The notes: generated from the letters alone by a model not told the origin. Shown: positions 1-10,164, counted from the first letter of the stretch. The stretch: DNA of 64,000 nt from Candidatus Hydrogenedens sp. (GCA_049968235.1 JBMFRC010000006.1:64001-128000), one strand, 5' to 3'. Numbers and translations: made by a program.

Positions 1-201
1 TATGGCTTTCAGTGGATTTCTTAACCATGGGGTTAATATTCCTATCAAACCGTAATCAAATATCATCCAGAGAGATGTATGTCCTCTTAAATTTACATTG
101 TCATGAAAAATCAAGCCATCAATACTTGACATAAACACTTCTAAAACTAAACCAAATAAAGCAAAGATAATAAAGCGAACAAGTGCTTTATGATAATTCA
201 T
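1..201 (-). CDS. Partial hypothetical membrane protein (N-terminal 67 codons; gene continues beyond window start)
   Basis: ATG at 201..199 (minus) preceded by AAGGT-like RBS. Open frame to position 1 with no stop. Translation MNYHKALVRFIIFALFGLVLEVF... is hydrophobic and helix-like. Not in the ORF track because it runs off the edge. Confidence 0.3.
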   Translation of the reverse strand, partial: MNYHKALVRFIIFALFGLVLEVFMSSIDGLIFHDNVNLRGHTSLWMIFDYGLIGILTPWLRNPLKAI

Positions 202-283
202 AATAATACCTTTTCATCGAATTTTTATTAGGAAAGATTACGAAGGATATTATTTTGTAGACTTGATTAATCAAAAAAATGTT

Positions 284-1720
284 TCATTTTTTTCTAAGAA
301 ATGGTAACTCGAACCCAAAAATACTTCCTTTTCCGGGCTGACTTTTTACAAAGACCTTACCTCCATGACTTTCGATAACCTGACGAACAATATATAAGCC
401 TAAACCGGAACCTGTAGAATCAACCCCTTCCATTTTCTGTTGTTTTAATCGCACAAATTCTTTGAACAATTTTGGAATGTCTTCTTGTGATATGCCAATT
501 CCATTATCTTCGACTTCAACCCGTACATAAGATAAATAAGTATATGAGCGAATAGTAATTGTACCATTCTGGGGTGTATATTTAATGGCATTGGTTAGAA
601 AATTCAGAATAGCCTCTCGAATTAATCTCTGGATACCCAAAACGAATATCTTTTTTTCTGGTAGTTCCAATTTAATCTCATGTCTCTTGCTTGCTATTAA
701 ATCCTGGTTTTCTTCAAGAATTTTTTCGATAAGGCTATTCAGTTCAAACTCTTTTGCTTCTCTTAACAGGTCAGCATTCTCCATTACGGAAAGATTTTCT
801 AAGTCGTGCAAAAAAGATACCAATTCATCAATTCTCGTTAGTGAGCGTTGAACCCAGGATTGTTGTGTTTCGTTTAATTCACCTCCGTATCCATAAAGCA
901 AATTTTGTAAATGCATGGCTATTGCAGAAATAGGGGCTCGTAAATTATGCAAGGCTATTTGCAAAAATCCTTTTCTTTGGTCACATAACCTTTCTAAATC
1001 CTTATTTATTCTTACAATTTGCCTTTGTCCTTCTCTGAGAAAATACATTAAGTGGGTCGTTAGTGATGCGGTTAAGAAGAATAATAAGCCTTGAACAACA
1101 GCCACTGTTATGATATATATTCCTGTAGGTGGGTTATCTGTTGGAACTGCCCCTATGGGATACATTTGAGGAATCCATTGAAGCCAACTAACAATTGCTA
1201 ATGTTAGAAAGAGTAGATAACCGTATATTGTATAAGTAAATGCAATTAAAGGGCTGAATAAAATACTTGCGATAATTACATGGAAAATAAAAAATGTCTG
1301 AAAAGGTGAATACACACCTCCTACCAACCATATTGCAATTGTTAAAAGTAAAAAGTCAGTAGCAATTGATAAATGTAAAATAAAAACAAGTAAAAACCGA
1401 TACTTTCGTGATTTTTCTTTCTTTTTCCTTGCGGGGAATGCAATTGCAAAGTTTAATAAATTTGCTAAAAATAGGATAATTGCTAACAGAATTAAAGCAT
1501 AGTGATTTAATTCATGAATTCCTAATATGTACTTTGCAAAAAGCGAACCTGCAACAATAAGAAAAGAAACAAAGAAACGGACAATGGTAAAGTCATAAAG
1601 TTGGTCTTCTAATCGAAGGCTATGTAAAAAAACAGGGAATGAACCTTCTTCATCCCTCAGAAAAAAACGAATTATTTTAGACAATAATGACTGGGAATAT
1701 TTACCTGAAGAGCCTGACAT
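284..1720 (-). CDS. Sensor histidine kinase with ~7 TM N-terminal receptor domain (HisKA + HATPase_c)
   Basis: About 230 aa N-terminus with ~7 hydrophobic helices. H-box-like LHNLRAPISAI. C-terminal N/G1/G2 boxes (NAIKYT, DNGIGI, GSGLGL). True ATG start. Same strand and immediately downstream of the hox operon and receiver gene. Confidence 0.8.
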   Translation of the reverse strand: MSGSSGKYSQSLLSKIIRFFLRDEEGSFPVFLHSLRLEDQLYDFTIVRFFVSFLIVAGSLFAKYILGIHELNHYALILLAIILFLANLLNFAIAFPARKKKEKSRKYRFLLVFILHLSIATDFLLLTIAIWLVGGVYSPFQTFFIFHVIIASILFSPLIAFTYTIYGYLLFLTLAIVSWLQWIPQMYPIGAVPTDNPPTGIYIITVAVVQGLLFFLTASLTTHLMYFLREGQRQIVRINKDLERLCDQRKGFLQIALHNLRAPISAIAMHLQNLLYGYGGELNETQQSWVQRSLTRIDELVSFLHDLENLSVMENADLLREAKEFELNSLIEKILEENQDLIASKRHEIKLELPEKKIFVLGIQRLIREAILNFLTNAIKYTPQNGTITIRSYTYLSYVRVEVEDNGIGISQEDIPKLFKEFVRLKQQKMEGVDSTGSGLGLYIVRQVIESHGGKVFVKSQPGKGSIFGFELPFLRKK

Positions 1721-1818
1721 TTTTCCCCTTCAGAATGTTTCATTTTTCTAAATCTATTGTATAAAAAAAAACAGAGCAACTCTCCTTTTTTTTTTTTTTA
1801 TTAAACAGACTTTCCTTA

Positions 1819-2196
1819 TTATGCTACACCTAATTTTGCTTTCAAAGTAGAAATCAAAACCTTCGGGTCAACAGGTTTCTGGAATATACCAGCCAGTCCT
1901 AATTCGCGAGCATCAATGTTATAGCGAACCGCATCACCTGCGGAACTTAACATATACATAGGTCCGGGATATTTATCTCCCTTTAATTTTATAGCAACCT
2001 GACTTCCGGAATCTACATTTTCCATCATTAGATCTATAATAACTGCATCAGGTTGTATTCTCTGAACTGCTTTTAATCCTTCTTCTCCGTTAGCCGCCTC
2101 TCCAACAACAAATCCGGCGGATTCTAACATAACTCTCAGTGCAGAGCGAATATCTGGGTCATCATCAATAATAAGAATAACTTTTTTTTGTTCCAT
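1819..2196 (-). CDS. Single-domain response regulator (CheY-like receiver)
   Basis: 125 aa. N-terminal DDD acidic pocket, phospho-acceptor Asp in VIIDLMM, conserved SSAGD and FQKP Lys. No output domain. Confidence 0.85.
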   Translation of the reverse strand: MEQKKVILIIDDDPDIRSALRVMLESAGFVVGEAANGEEGLKAVQRIQPDAVIIDLMMENVDSGSQVAIKLKGDKYPGPMYMLSSAGDAVRYNIDARELGLAGIFQKPVDPKVLISTLKAKLGVA

Positions 2197-2677
2197 GTTC
2201 CCTTCTCCTTTGTTGATTTAATATGTTATTTAAAAATTGCCATGCTAATTCAAGATTATTTTTTGCCTCTTCAGTAATCCCTTCACCGATTGTAAAATCA
2301 TAACCTCTGATACCTAATATCCACGATTCTGGAGCAGAACCGAAATATTCATCACAAATAGCAATTACCGATTCTGCATTTACAGAATGTGTCGAAAAGG
2401 TTATATTTTTTGAAGGGAATACTCTTTTTAAGTAAAAAGGTTCATCACCTTCTTTCGATGCATCTACAAATAATACTTTATCATAATTTACCAGTTCAGC
2501 ACCTAATTCAATATTTAACTGGTAATCAGCATCTGTATTAACATTATCATGGTTCATCTGTTTAACACGTTGGACAAATAAAGGTCCCAACGCATCATCA
2601 TGACGCTCCGGATTTCCATATCCGAAGATGAGTATTTTTTCATCCTCTAATAAGTTCATGAACGAGTTTACCTTCAT
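2165..2677 (-). CDS. hoxW: Hydrogenase maturation endopeptidase (HoxW/HycI family)
   Basis: ILIFGYGNPERHDDALG motif typical of the Ni-dependent C-terminal processing protease. Directly downstream of the large subunit. An alternative start at internal Met (2659) with AAGGT RBS is possible. Confidence 0.75.
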   Translation of the reverse strand: MKVNSFMNLLEDEKILIFGYGNPERHDDALGPLFVQRVKQMNHDNVNTDADYQLNIELGAELVNYDKVLFVDASKEGDEPFYLKRVFPSKNITFSTHSVNAESVIAICDEYFGSAPESWILGIRGYDFTIGEGITEEAKNNLELAWQFLNNILNQQRRREHGTKKSYSYY

Positions 2678-4085
2678 GGTTCATTATTTGTATTTGTAAG
2701 GGCATCTGTCCTAATGCATGGGTTGCACAACTCAAACATGGGTCATAAGCACGGATACCAACCTCAATAGTGTTTAATAACCCTTCCGTTATTTCAGATT
2801 TTCCTTGCAAATAATCTTTTGCCAGGACATTTACAACCTGATTCATAGGTTCATTATTATTGGTTGTAGATACGATTAGGTTTGCAAGAACAATCTGGTC
2901 GTTATCATTAATTTCATAATGATGGAACAAAGTTCCACGAGGGGCTTCTATCCACGCGACACCACGTTTCTGTTTTGTTCCCTGAGTAATTAGATTTGTC
3001 CCCTGTAAATCAGGGTCGTTTAACAAATCTTTTATCTTCTCAGCGGAATGCAACATTTCGATTAATCGTGCCCAGTGATATGCCATAGAAGCATTTATAG
3101 GCTTTCCACCTGTTAATGACATTAATTCCTGTCTTTCTTTCTCGGCTAATGGAGTATCAATAAAATCACAATTATTGATACGAGCCAGAGGTCCCACCCG
3201 ATACCATCCTTTTTCTTTTCCTAAGGAACGAATGAACGGGAACTTCATATAACTCCACGGACGAACTTCCTCTGCAATGTAATCAAGATAATCTTCGGGC
3301 TTGACCATATCGAAGATTATCTTTCCATCTGCTGTTTTAGCCCTTAATAAACCATCGTACAGGTCAAGACAACCATCTTTTCGGACAATGCTTAAATGAT
3401 TGGAATCAAAATAACCAAATTTAAGGAAAAAGTCTAATTTCTCTTTTACTATTTTTTTACATAATTCAACGGACTCTACAGACCATTTTATGATGGTATC
3501 AATATCCTTCAGGAAAACATCTCTTTCTTCAATAGATAGGTTTTTATTAATACCACCGGGAATAGCACCTGTCCCATGGACTTTTTTCCCAGCAGTGGCT
3601 TTAATAATTTCCTGACCATATTTTCTCAATAAAACAGCCTTCTTTGCTGTTTCCGGGTCTGCTTTTATCACCCCAATTACATTTCTTTGTTCAACCGGTG
3701 CATCAAATCCGAATAATAAATCGGGAGAACAAAGATAGAAAAAGTGTAGTGCGTGGGACTGTAAGGTTTGTCCATAGTGCATAAGTCTTCTCATCTTTTC
3801 TCCGGTAGGAGTTAATGTTTTTGCTCCTACAATAACATCGGTTGCTTTTGCAGCACAGAGGTGATGACTTACAGGACAAATTCCACATAGTCTTTGAACA
3901 ATGGTTGGGGCTTCCCAATAAAACCGTCCCTGAACAAATCGTTCAAAGCCACGAAACTCTATAATATGGAAACGGGTTTGTTGCACATTCCCTTTCTCAT
4001 CTAAGAGGATAGTAACTTTCCCGTGTCCTTCTACCCGTGTAACGGGGTTTATTACAATTTTTCTTCCTGTTGTTTTTGTACTCAT
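2640..4085 (-). CDS. hoxH: [NiFe] hydrogenase large subunit, group 3d (HoxH)
   Basis: N-terminal RLCGICPVSHH (L1 RxCGxC Ni-binding motif) and C-terminal DPCLSCATH (L2 DPCxxCxxH). 481 aa, matching cyanobacterial HoxH length. Confidence 0.9.
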   Translation of the reverse strand: MSTKTTGRKIVINPVTRVEGHGKVTILLDEKGNVQQTRFHIIEFRGFERFVQGRFYWEAPTIVQRLCGICPVSHHLCAAKATDVIVGAKTLTPTGEKMRRLMHYGQTLQSHALHFFYLCSPDLLFGFDAPVEQRNVIGVIKADPETAKKAVLLRKYGQEIIKATAGKKVHGTGAIPGGINKNLSIEERDVFLKDIDTIIKWSVESVELCKKIVKEKLDFFLKFGYFDSNHLSIVRKDGCLDLYDGLLRAKTADGKIIFDMVKPEDYLDYIAEEVRPWSYMKFPFIRSLGKEKGWYRVGPLARINNCDFIDTPLAEKERQELMSLTGGKPINASMAYHWARLIEMLHSAEKIKDLLNDPDLQGTNLITQGTKQKRGVAWIEAPRGTLFHHYEINDNDQIVLANLIVSTTNNNEPMNQVVNVLAKDYLQGKSEITEGLLNTIEVGIRAYDPCLSCATHALGQMPLQIQIMNHEGKLVHELIRG

Positions 4086-4103
4086 AGATACTGCCTCCTG
4101 AAA

Positions 4104-4652
4104 TTAGTCGTATTTTATAAGTTCATAATCAAGACTTAACGGTTCTCCTTTTAATAAGGCAACCAATGCGTTCCAAATCGTATCTGCGGAAGGTGGGCAA
4201 CCGGGCAGGAAATAATCAATTTTCACTACCTCATGACAGGGATATACCTTGTCTAATAAAACGGGAATATCCGGGTCATTGGGGATAACCCCTGTATTTT
4301 CACTTTTTACAGTGGGACCATTCAGATATGCCTCTTCCAGACATTCCTTTAATGGAACTAAATTCCTCATGGAGGGAACTCCTCCTGTCAAAGCACAGGC
4401 ACCGATGGCAACAAGAATCTTACAATGTTTTCTAAATTCCATCAGTATCTCTGCATTTTCATCATTACTGATACCACCTTCAATAATCCCAATATCTACA
4501 GGTTTTGTAAAATTTTTTATATCATTTATAGGTGACTTGTTAAATTCCACCAATTCAACAAGGTCTAAAATACGCTCATCAATGTCCAAAATAGACATAT
4601 GGCATCCAAAACATCCCGTAAAATGGGCTGTTGCTACAACAGGTTTACTCAT
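4104..4652 (-). CDS. hoxY: [NiFe] hydrogenase small (delta) subunit HoxY
   Basis: 182 aa (same length as Synechocystis HoxY). Proximal-cluster Cys pattern FTGCFGCHMS ... GACALTGG ... LPGCPP. Confidence 0.85.
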   Translation of the reverse strand: MSKPVVATAHFTGCFGCHMSILDIDERILDLVELVEFNKSPINDIKNFTKPVDIGIIEGGISNDENAEILMEFRKHCKILVAIGACALTGGVPSMRNLVPLKECLEEAYLNGPTVKSENTGVIPNDPDIPVLLDKVYPCHEVVKIDYFLPGCPPSADTIWNALVALLKGEPLSLDYELIKYD

Positions 4653-4671
4653 AACTCCATTCCTTTCCTGT

Positions 4672-5388
4672 TTATAATTTCACTTTTTTTGTTTCTATTT
4701 CTGAACCAATCGGCTTCTTGTCGTAAGGTCTCTTTCCAACAGGTGTTAAATACCCTTGCCTCTTCACTACAAGGCACCCCGTAGGACAAACAGACATTGC
4801 TTTATCATCTTTTGTCAAATTGGTATCTTTCAATCCATCGTTGGAGTTTACCGAAATTCGCATGTTAATTCCTCGATTTTCAAAACCAAACACATTTTTC
4901 TTGTCCAGATGTATAGATGCTCTTACACAACGACCACATAAAACACAGCGATTCCTATCTAAATAGACATCGGGATGAGTTGCATCGAGTTCTTTTTGAG
5001 CATATAAATAAGGCATCTGTGGAGTTAATAATCCGAGACGATATGCTAAAGCCTGTAATTCACATTTTCCAGCAACCTCACATGAAGGACAGAAATGATT
5101 CCCTTCCACGAATAACATTTCAATAATGTTCCTGCGGAAACCATTCAATTCTTCCGTATTATTTTCTACAACAATCCCTTCAGCAACAGGATATGTACAG
5201 GAATTAACAGGTCTTCCATTTACTTTTACTGTGCAAACTCGACAATGACCACCCGGAGGAAGGTCTTTAAGATAGCACAATCTCGGAATATATATCCCTG
5301 CATCATCTGCAGCTTGAATTATCGTTTTATCCGGAGCAGATTTTACTTCAACTCCATCAATTGTAAAAGTAACTACATTTGTACTCAT
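4672..5388 (-). CDS. hoxU: Diaphorase subunit HoxU (NuoG-like 2Fe-2S/4Fe-4S ferredoxin)
   Basis: 238 aa. N-terminal 2Fe-2S ferredoxin fold (CRVCTVKVNGRP...C) followed by the HFCPSCEVAGKCELQ and CVLCGRCVRA cluster motifs typical of the NuoG N-terminus and HoxU. Confidence 0.85.
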   Translation of the reverse strand: MSTNVVTFTIDGVEVKSAPDKTIIQAADDAGIYIPRLCYLKDLPPGGHCRVCTVKVNGRPVNSCTYPVAEGIVVENNTEELNGFRRNIIEMLFVEGNHFCPSCEVAGKCELQALAYRLGLLTPQMPYLYAQKELDATHPDVYLDRNRCVLCGRCVRASIHLDKKNVFGFENRGINMRISVNSNDGLKDTNLTKDDKAMSVCPTGCLVVKRQGYLTPVGKRPYDKKPIGSEIETKKVKL

Positions 5389-7160
5389 TATTTTACTCCT
5401 TCCATTGTTCTTCCACTTGCTTCTATACCAATTTTCATAGCTTTTTGCAAATCAAAGGTTAATAATTTACCATCTTCTTCTTTGATTCTTTCTGCATATA
5501 AATCTGCAAAATCATAAATAGTTGTTAATACAGGATTTGCAGATGTTTGCCCTAGTCCACAACGACTCATGGATTTTACCGTTTGCGCTATTCTCCGCAA
5601 TTCAGCAAGGCTTTGGGCAGTGCCTTTACCATCCAGTATCTGTCTAAATTTCTTTTCAAGTAGTGTGGTTCCAGCCCTACATGGGACACACCAACCACAA
5701 GATTCTTCGATAAAAAACTCTATAAACTGATGCATACACTCTAATAAATCTCTATTTTTACCAAAAATCATGATAGAACCACCGGTTGGAAGGTCCTCAA
5801 ATGAAATTCGTCTACCAAAATCCTTGGGGGCTACACACTTTCCAGAAGCACCGCCTACTTGAACTGCCTGTGTATCTTTGGCACCTACCAGTTCTAACAG
5901 ATTCTCTATTGTTATTCCATACTCAACCTCATATACTCCTGGATGCTCACAATCACCGGAAACACTTAACATTTTTGTTCCTGTTGAGTCTTTTGTTCCA
6001 ATCTTCGCAAACCATTCTCCGCCCTTTTCTAATATACGAGCAGCACAACATAGCGTTTCCACGTTATTTACAGATGTGGGTTCGCTTTTATATCCTTTCT
6101 GAACAGGGAACGGTGGTCTATCGCGAGGAGCGCCTCTTTTCCCTTCTGCCGACTCAATAAGTGCAGATTCTTCACCACACACATAAGCACCTGCACCCAA
6201 TTGAATTCGAATATCAAAACTAAAATCTTCTCTACCACAAATATGTTCACCTAATAAACCCAAATGTCTTCTTTTTGCTAAAACCTTTTCAAGATTATCT
6301 AATAAATAAGCATATTCTCCACGAAGATACATTATACCTTCTTTAGCACCGATGGCATACCCTGCAATAGTCATGCCTTCAAAAACCAGGTCAGGATACT
6401 CTGTCAATATAACGCGGTCTTTAAATGTTCCGGGTTCCCCTTCATCTGCATTACATATAAGATAACGAATGGGTGATTTTTGCTTTCTACAAAAATCCCA
6501 CTTCATTGCTGTAGGAAAGCCGGCTCCTCCTCTTCCACGAAGCCTTGACTTATTTATTTCTGCAATAACATCTTCAGGTTTCATATTTAACGCATTTCGG
6601 ATTGCCTGTCCGTTCTCTAATGGGGCACATATAACTTCCCCTTCTTTTTTCAAATTCAACAAAACTCGTGCTTGTGGCAAATCAGAAATATCCTTACCTG
6701 CTTTAATATCACTTATAATTTTAGGAACATCCGCAGGTTTAAGATTTGTAAACGGTATATTGTTTATTAGTGCACCTGGAGCCTGGTCACTTAGACCGAT
6801 ACATGAGGTATGAAGCAAAGTAAACAAGTTATCCTTTGTAGTTTCACCAAAGGATATACCTAATTCCTTTTCAAAGGCTTTCCCTACTTCATCAGCCCCT
6901 TTCATTCTTTCTATAACTGCATTAGCAAGTCTTATTACATTCTTCCCAAGAGGTTTTCTTGGTAAAAAAGAATAAAAACTGACCATATCCCGAACCTGTA
7001 CCATAGGCATGTTCAGGACCTCTGCAACATGTGCGGCCATCTCATCCGAAATATAGCCGAATTCTTTAACAATATCGTGGGCTATATTCATCAGATAACC
7101 GCAGTCATTGCCATATTTATTGGCAATGTTTTTGATTTGTTCTCGGTAATGGTGGGTCAT
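5388..7160 (-). CDS. hoxF: Diaphorase subunit HoxF (NuoE-like N-terminus fused to NuoF-like NAD(P)H/FMN/4Fe-4S domain)
   Basis: GAGAYVCGEESALIESAEGKRG FMN/NADH-binding signature of NuoF. ESCGWCVPCR 4Fe-4S motif. N-terminal thioredoxin-like NuoE-like region. AGGAG RBS upstream. 1-nt overlap with hoxU start. Confidence 0.85.
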   Translation of the reverse strand: MTHHYREQIKNIANKYGNDCGYLMNIAHDIVKEFGYISDEMAAHVAEVLNMPMVQVRDMVSFYSFLPRKPLGKNVIRLANAVIERMKGADEVGKAFEKELGISFGETTKDNLFTLLHTSCIGLSDQAPGALINNIPFTNLKPADVPKIISDIKAGKDISDLPQARVLLNLKKEGEVICAPLENGQAIRNALNMKPEDVIAEINKSRLRGRGGAGFPTAMKWDFCRKQKSPIRYLICNADEGEPGTFKDRVILTEYPDLVFEGMTIAGYAIGAKEGIMYLRGEYAYLLDNLEKVLAKRRHLGLLGEHICGREDFSFDIRIQLGAGAYVCGEESALIESAEGKRGAPRDRPPFPVQKGYKSEPTSVNNVETLCCAARILEKGGEWFAKIGTKDSTGTKMLSVSGDCEHPGVYEVEYGITIENLLELVGAKDTQAVQVGGASGKCVAPKDFGRRISFEDLPTGGSIMIFGKNRDLLECMHQFIEFFIEESCGWCVPCRAGTTLLEKKFRQILDGKGTAQSLAELRRIAQTVKSMSRCGLGQTSANPVLTTIYDFADLYAERIKEEDGKLLTFDLQKAMKIGIEASGRTMEGVK

Positions 7161-7545
7161 AACTTCCTTACTCCTACAAAAATTTGACTTACTTATTAAC
7201 TTACCGTTAGGTAAACAACTATATTACTATATCATATTTATCACTATATTTCAATATTGTTCGACATTATTTCAAATATTTTGCAAAAATTGCTAAACTA
7301 TGTTTTTATACGCATAAATTGAGGCTATTTTGTTGCTTCGTTCATTTTATTATCAAAAATTTGGTATTACTATTTAATATATTAGTAATACTATTATTGT
7401 TATTGCACTACACCCGCAAAAATATTTAACTTGTATTTATTCTTAAAAAAATTTCTTTTTTACTTTTCTATTTATTACTTTGATTTTTTTGTCTTTTTTC
7501 TTGTAGAATTAAGGCTTAATTCAAAAGAGGAAAGTTAGAGTAAAA
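7161..7545. promoter_or_regulatory. AT-rich divergent intergenic region between hoxF (-) and ybaB (+); likely holds promoters for both operons
   Basis: 385 bp with no ORF, very AT-rich. Flanked by divergently transcribed operon starts. Several TTGnnn/TAnAAT-like hexamers but no single confident -35/-10 pair. Confidence 0.4.
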
Positions 7546-7884
7546 ATGTTCAATTTTAAAGACATTTCACAGTTAGGTGGTCTCTTAAAAGAGGCTATGC
7601 AAGTTAAACAAAAGATTGAGACTTTAAAAGAAGAATTAGCCAAAGAAATTATTGAAGGCGAATCCGGTGGAGGCATGGTTAAAATTCAAATGAATGGAAA
7701 ATTTGAGGTTCTGAATATATCTATATCTGATGAGGTATTTTCAGAAGGTATGGCGGATAAGTCATTATTAGAAGCACTTATTTTATCCGCTTTTAATGTT
7801 GCTTCCGAAAAAGTCCGTTTGCTTGCAAAAGAGAAAATGAAAGAAATATCAGGTGGTATTGAAATATCAGGATTGATGGATTAG
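7546..7884 (+). CDS. ybaB: Nucleoid-associated protein YbaB/EbfC
   Basis: 112 aa. Typical YbaB pattern (MFNF..I.QLGGLLKEAMQVKQK...GESGGGMVK). AAGAGGAAAG RBS. Confidence 0.85.
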   Translation: MFNFKDISQLGGLLKEAMQVKQKIETLKEELAKEIIEGESGGGMVKIQMNGKFEVLNISISDEVFSEGMADKSLLEALILSAFNVASEKVRLLAKEKMKEISGGIEISGLMD

Positions 7885-8831
7885 TGAGAATACTCTTTTT
7901 TGGAACACCCGAAATTGCAATCCCATCATTACAGAAACTCCATAACCATTTTTTTGTTGTTGGGGTTGTCTGTCAACCGGATAAACCAAGTGGGAGGCAT
8001 CTTCGCATTACTCCACCGCCTATTAAAGTAGAAGCTGAAAAATTGGGTATACCCGTTTTTCAACCTGAAAAAGTTAATGATCCTATATATTTACAGCATT
8101 TTAAGAATTTACAACCTGATATTGGCGTTGTTGTGGCTTATGGTAGATTTTTAAAAGAAGAATTACTATCATTGCCCAAATCAGGATATTTTCTTAATTT
8201 ACATCCCAGCCTTCTTCCGCGATGGAGAGGACCTTCCCCCATACAAACTGCGATACTTGAAGGTGATACGGAAACGGGGGTAACAATTATGAAAATTTCT
8301 ATGGAAATGGATGCCGGAGATATTTTGTTGCAAAAATCTACATCTATTGATATTAATGAAACCGCAGAAGAACTTACTCATAGGTTATCCATAATGGGTG
8401 CGGATTTGTTAATACAATCTATCCATTTAATTGCAGAAAATAAAGCGGTATTTACCCCTCAGGACCATTCAAAGGCAACTTATTGTCATCTCATTGAAAA
8501 AAAACACGGTATTATACATTGGGAGTTACCGGCGTTGACAATACATAATTGCGTTCGTGGCTGCCTCCCCTGGCCCGTGGCTTTTACAAAATTTAAAGGT
8601 GAAATTATACGGATATATAAAACCGAATTAATATCTGGAAGTCAAAATTATAATGATGTAAAATCGGGCACCGTAGTAGAAATAAAAAAAGATAAATGTA
8701 TTGTAAAAACAGGAAAAGGATTGATAGGCATTTGTGTGCTTCAAGCACCAAACAGAAAACCCTTAACTTTTCGTGAATATATAAATGGCAAACCTATATG
8801 TATAGGTGATATTTTTGAGGATGCGTTGTAA
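7884..8831 (+). CDS. fmt: Methionyl-tRNA formyltransferase
   Basis: GTG start. MRILFFGTPE N-terminus. HPSLLPRWRGPSPIQ (SLLP formyltransferase motif). C-terminal Fmt domain. Confidence 0.9.
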   Translation: MRILFFGTPEIAIPSLQKLHNHFFVVGVVCQPDKPSGRHLRITPPPIKVEAEKLGIPVFQPEKVNDPIYLQHFKNLQPDIGVVVAYGRFLKEELLSLPKSGYFLNLHPSLLPRWRGPSPIQTAILEGDTETGVTIMKISMEMDAGDILLQKSTSIDINETAEELTHRLSIMGADLLIQSIHLIAENKAVFTPQDHSKATYCHLIEKKHGIIHWELPALTIHNCVRGCLPWPVAFTKFKGEIIRIYKTELISGSQNYNDVKSGTVVEIKKDKCIVKTGKGLIGICVLQAPNRKPLTFREYINGKPICIGDIFEDAL

Positions 8832-8832
8832 A

Positions 8833-10164
8833 ATGGCTAATGTAGATATTGTCCGTGCTGCTGTAATAAATACTTTATTACGATGGGAGGATGGGAAATT
8901 ACCTATTGACGAATGTATATCAAGGACGCTTCGTCGCAAAACATATAGCACACGTGGGCGTCGTTTTTTTGCATATTTAGTATATGGTACGATTCGTAAT
9001 CTGGATTTACTTGACCACATTATTTCCCAATATTTCAAAAATTCTCTCGATGAACTTCCACGACCTATACTTTATATTTTAAGAATTGCCGTTTTTCAGA
9101 TTTATTTTTGTGATATTGTTACAACACCGGCAGCGGTTCACACCTCAGTGGACCTTGCACGCACCTTTGGACATGCTGGTTTAGCCCGTATGGTAAATGC
9201 AGTGCTTCGGAAACTTCCCGATAATTTTGATGAGATTCCTATTCCATCAAAGGAAGAAGACCTTTTTGGTTATTTATCTATTCGTTATTCTATTCCCAAA
9301 TGGATTTTACAAGAATTTGCACAGAGATTTGGAGAGGAACAACTTGAAGATTTTGCTTTATCCGTTTCTGAAATTCCTTTCCTCTCTATACGAACCAATA
9401 CGATGTTAACAAATCGTGAAGAATTGAAAAAAAGATTAAAAAAGATTGGGATTGAAGCACAACCCGTAACACCGATTCCGGAAGAATTATCTTTAAATTC
9501 TACTTATCTTCTAACGGATTGTCCTTTGATGCGTCAGGGTTTATATACAATACAAGACCCTGCTTCCATGCTTAGTGTCCATGCACTAAATCCCCAGGCG
9601 GATGACATAATTTTGGATATTTGTTCTGCTCCAGGAACAAAAACAACCCATATTGCCGAATTCACACGCAATCAATCAAAAATATTCTCAATTGAAATCC
9701 ATCCGGGAAGAATACAGCGAATCTATGAAAATATTCATCGATTAAAATGTGAAAATATATTCCCTATTTGTTCAAGTGGTACCTATCTCCCCTTTCCGGA
9801 TGAGACCTTTGATAGAATTTTGGTAGATGCTCCATGTTCCGGATTAGGGACTTTACGAAGGAATCCAGACATTAAATATAACATTAAACAGGAATCTTTG
9901 CAAAGATTATCAAAATTGCAAAAGGCTATTCTCACAGAAGCATGTAGAGTTTGTAAAAAAAATGGTGTAATTGTATATTCTGTGTGTACCTTTACAACAG
10001 ACGAAACCTTAAATGTAGTGAATGAATTTATTGAAGAAAAAAAATTAATTCCTATAAATGCACCGGAGTTACTTGACCCGTGGAAAATTCAGACAGGACA
10101 GTATCAAACAATTCCAAAAAATCTCTGGGACGGCTTCTTCTTGACGGTATTTCAAAAGCCATAG
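8833..10164 (+). CDS. rsmB: 16S rRNA (cytosine967-C5)-methyltransferase RsmB/Sun
   Basis: N-terminal NusB-like domain. SAM-binding DICSAPGTKT. Catalytic DAPCSGLGTLRRNPD and YSVCT motifs. The track ORF starts at GTG 8806; an ATG at 8821 or 8833 (directly after the fmt stop) is more plausible. Confidence 0.8.
   Translation: MANVDIVRAAVINTLLRWEDGKLPIDECISRTLRRKTYSTRGRRFFAYLVYGTIRNLDLLDHIISQYFKNSLDELPRPILYILRIAVFQIYFCDIVTTPAAVHTSVDLARTFGHAGLARMVNAVLRKLPDNFDEIPIPSKEEDLFGYLSIRYSIPKWILQEFAQRFGEEQLEDFALSVSEIPFLSIRTNTMLTNREELKKRLKKIGIEAQPVTPIPEELSLNSTYLLTDCPLMRQGLYTIQDPASMLSVHALNPQADDIILDICSAPGTKTTHIAEFTRNQSKIFSIEIHPGRIQRIYENIHRLKCENIFPICSSGTYLPFPDETFDRILVDAPCSGLGTLRRNPDIKYNIKQESLQRLSKLQKAILTEACRVCKKNGVIVYSVCTFTTDETLNVVNEFIEEKKLIPINAPELLDPWKIQTGQYQTIPKNLWDGFFLTVFQKP

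Noticed and set aside
1741-1818. A9...T13 run (1741..1790) between the sensor kinase and the receiver gene as a terminator
   Set aside because: It is only an A-tract/T-tract palindrome without a GC-rich stem. More likely a spacer or weak attenuator inside the operon, and not convincing as an intrinsic terminator.
4249-4941. Plus-strand ORFs of 61-142 aa (4249..4677, 4599..4784, 4756..4941 and similar ones at 585..851, 5786..6160, 6469..6813) overlapping the hox genes antisense
   Set aside because: They lie entirely inside well-supported minus-strand genes with clear catalytic motifs. Their translations are low-complexity or hydrophobic with no motifs. They are typical shadow ORFs of an AT-rich genome.
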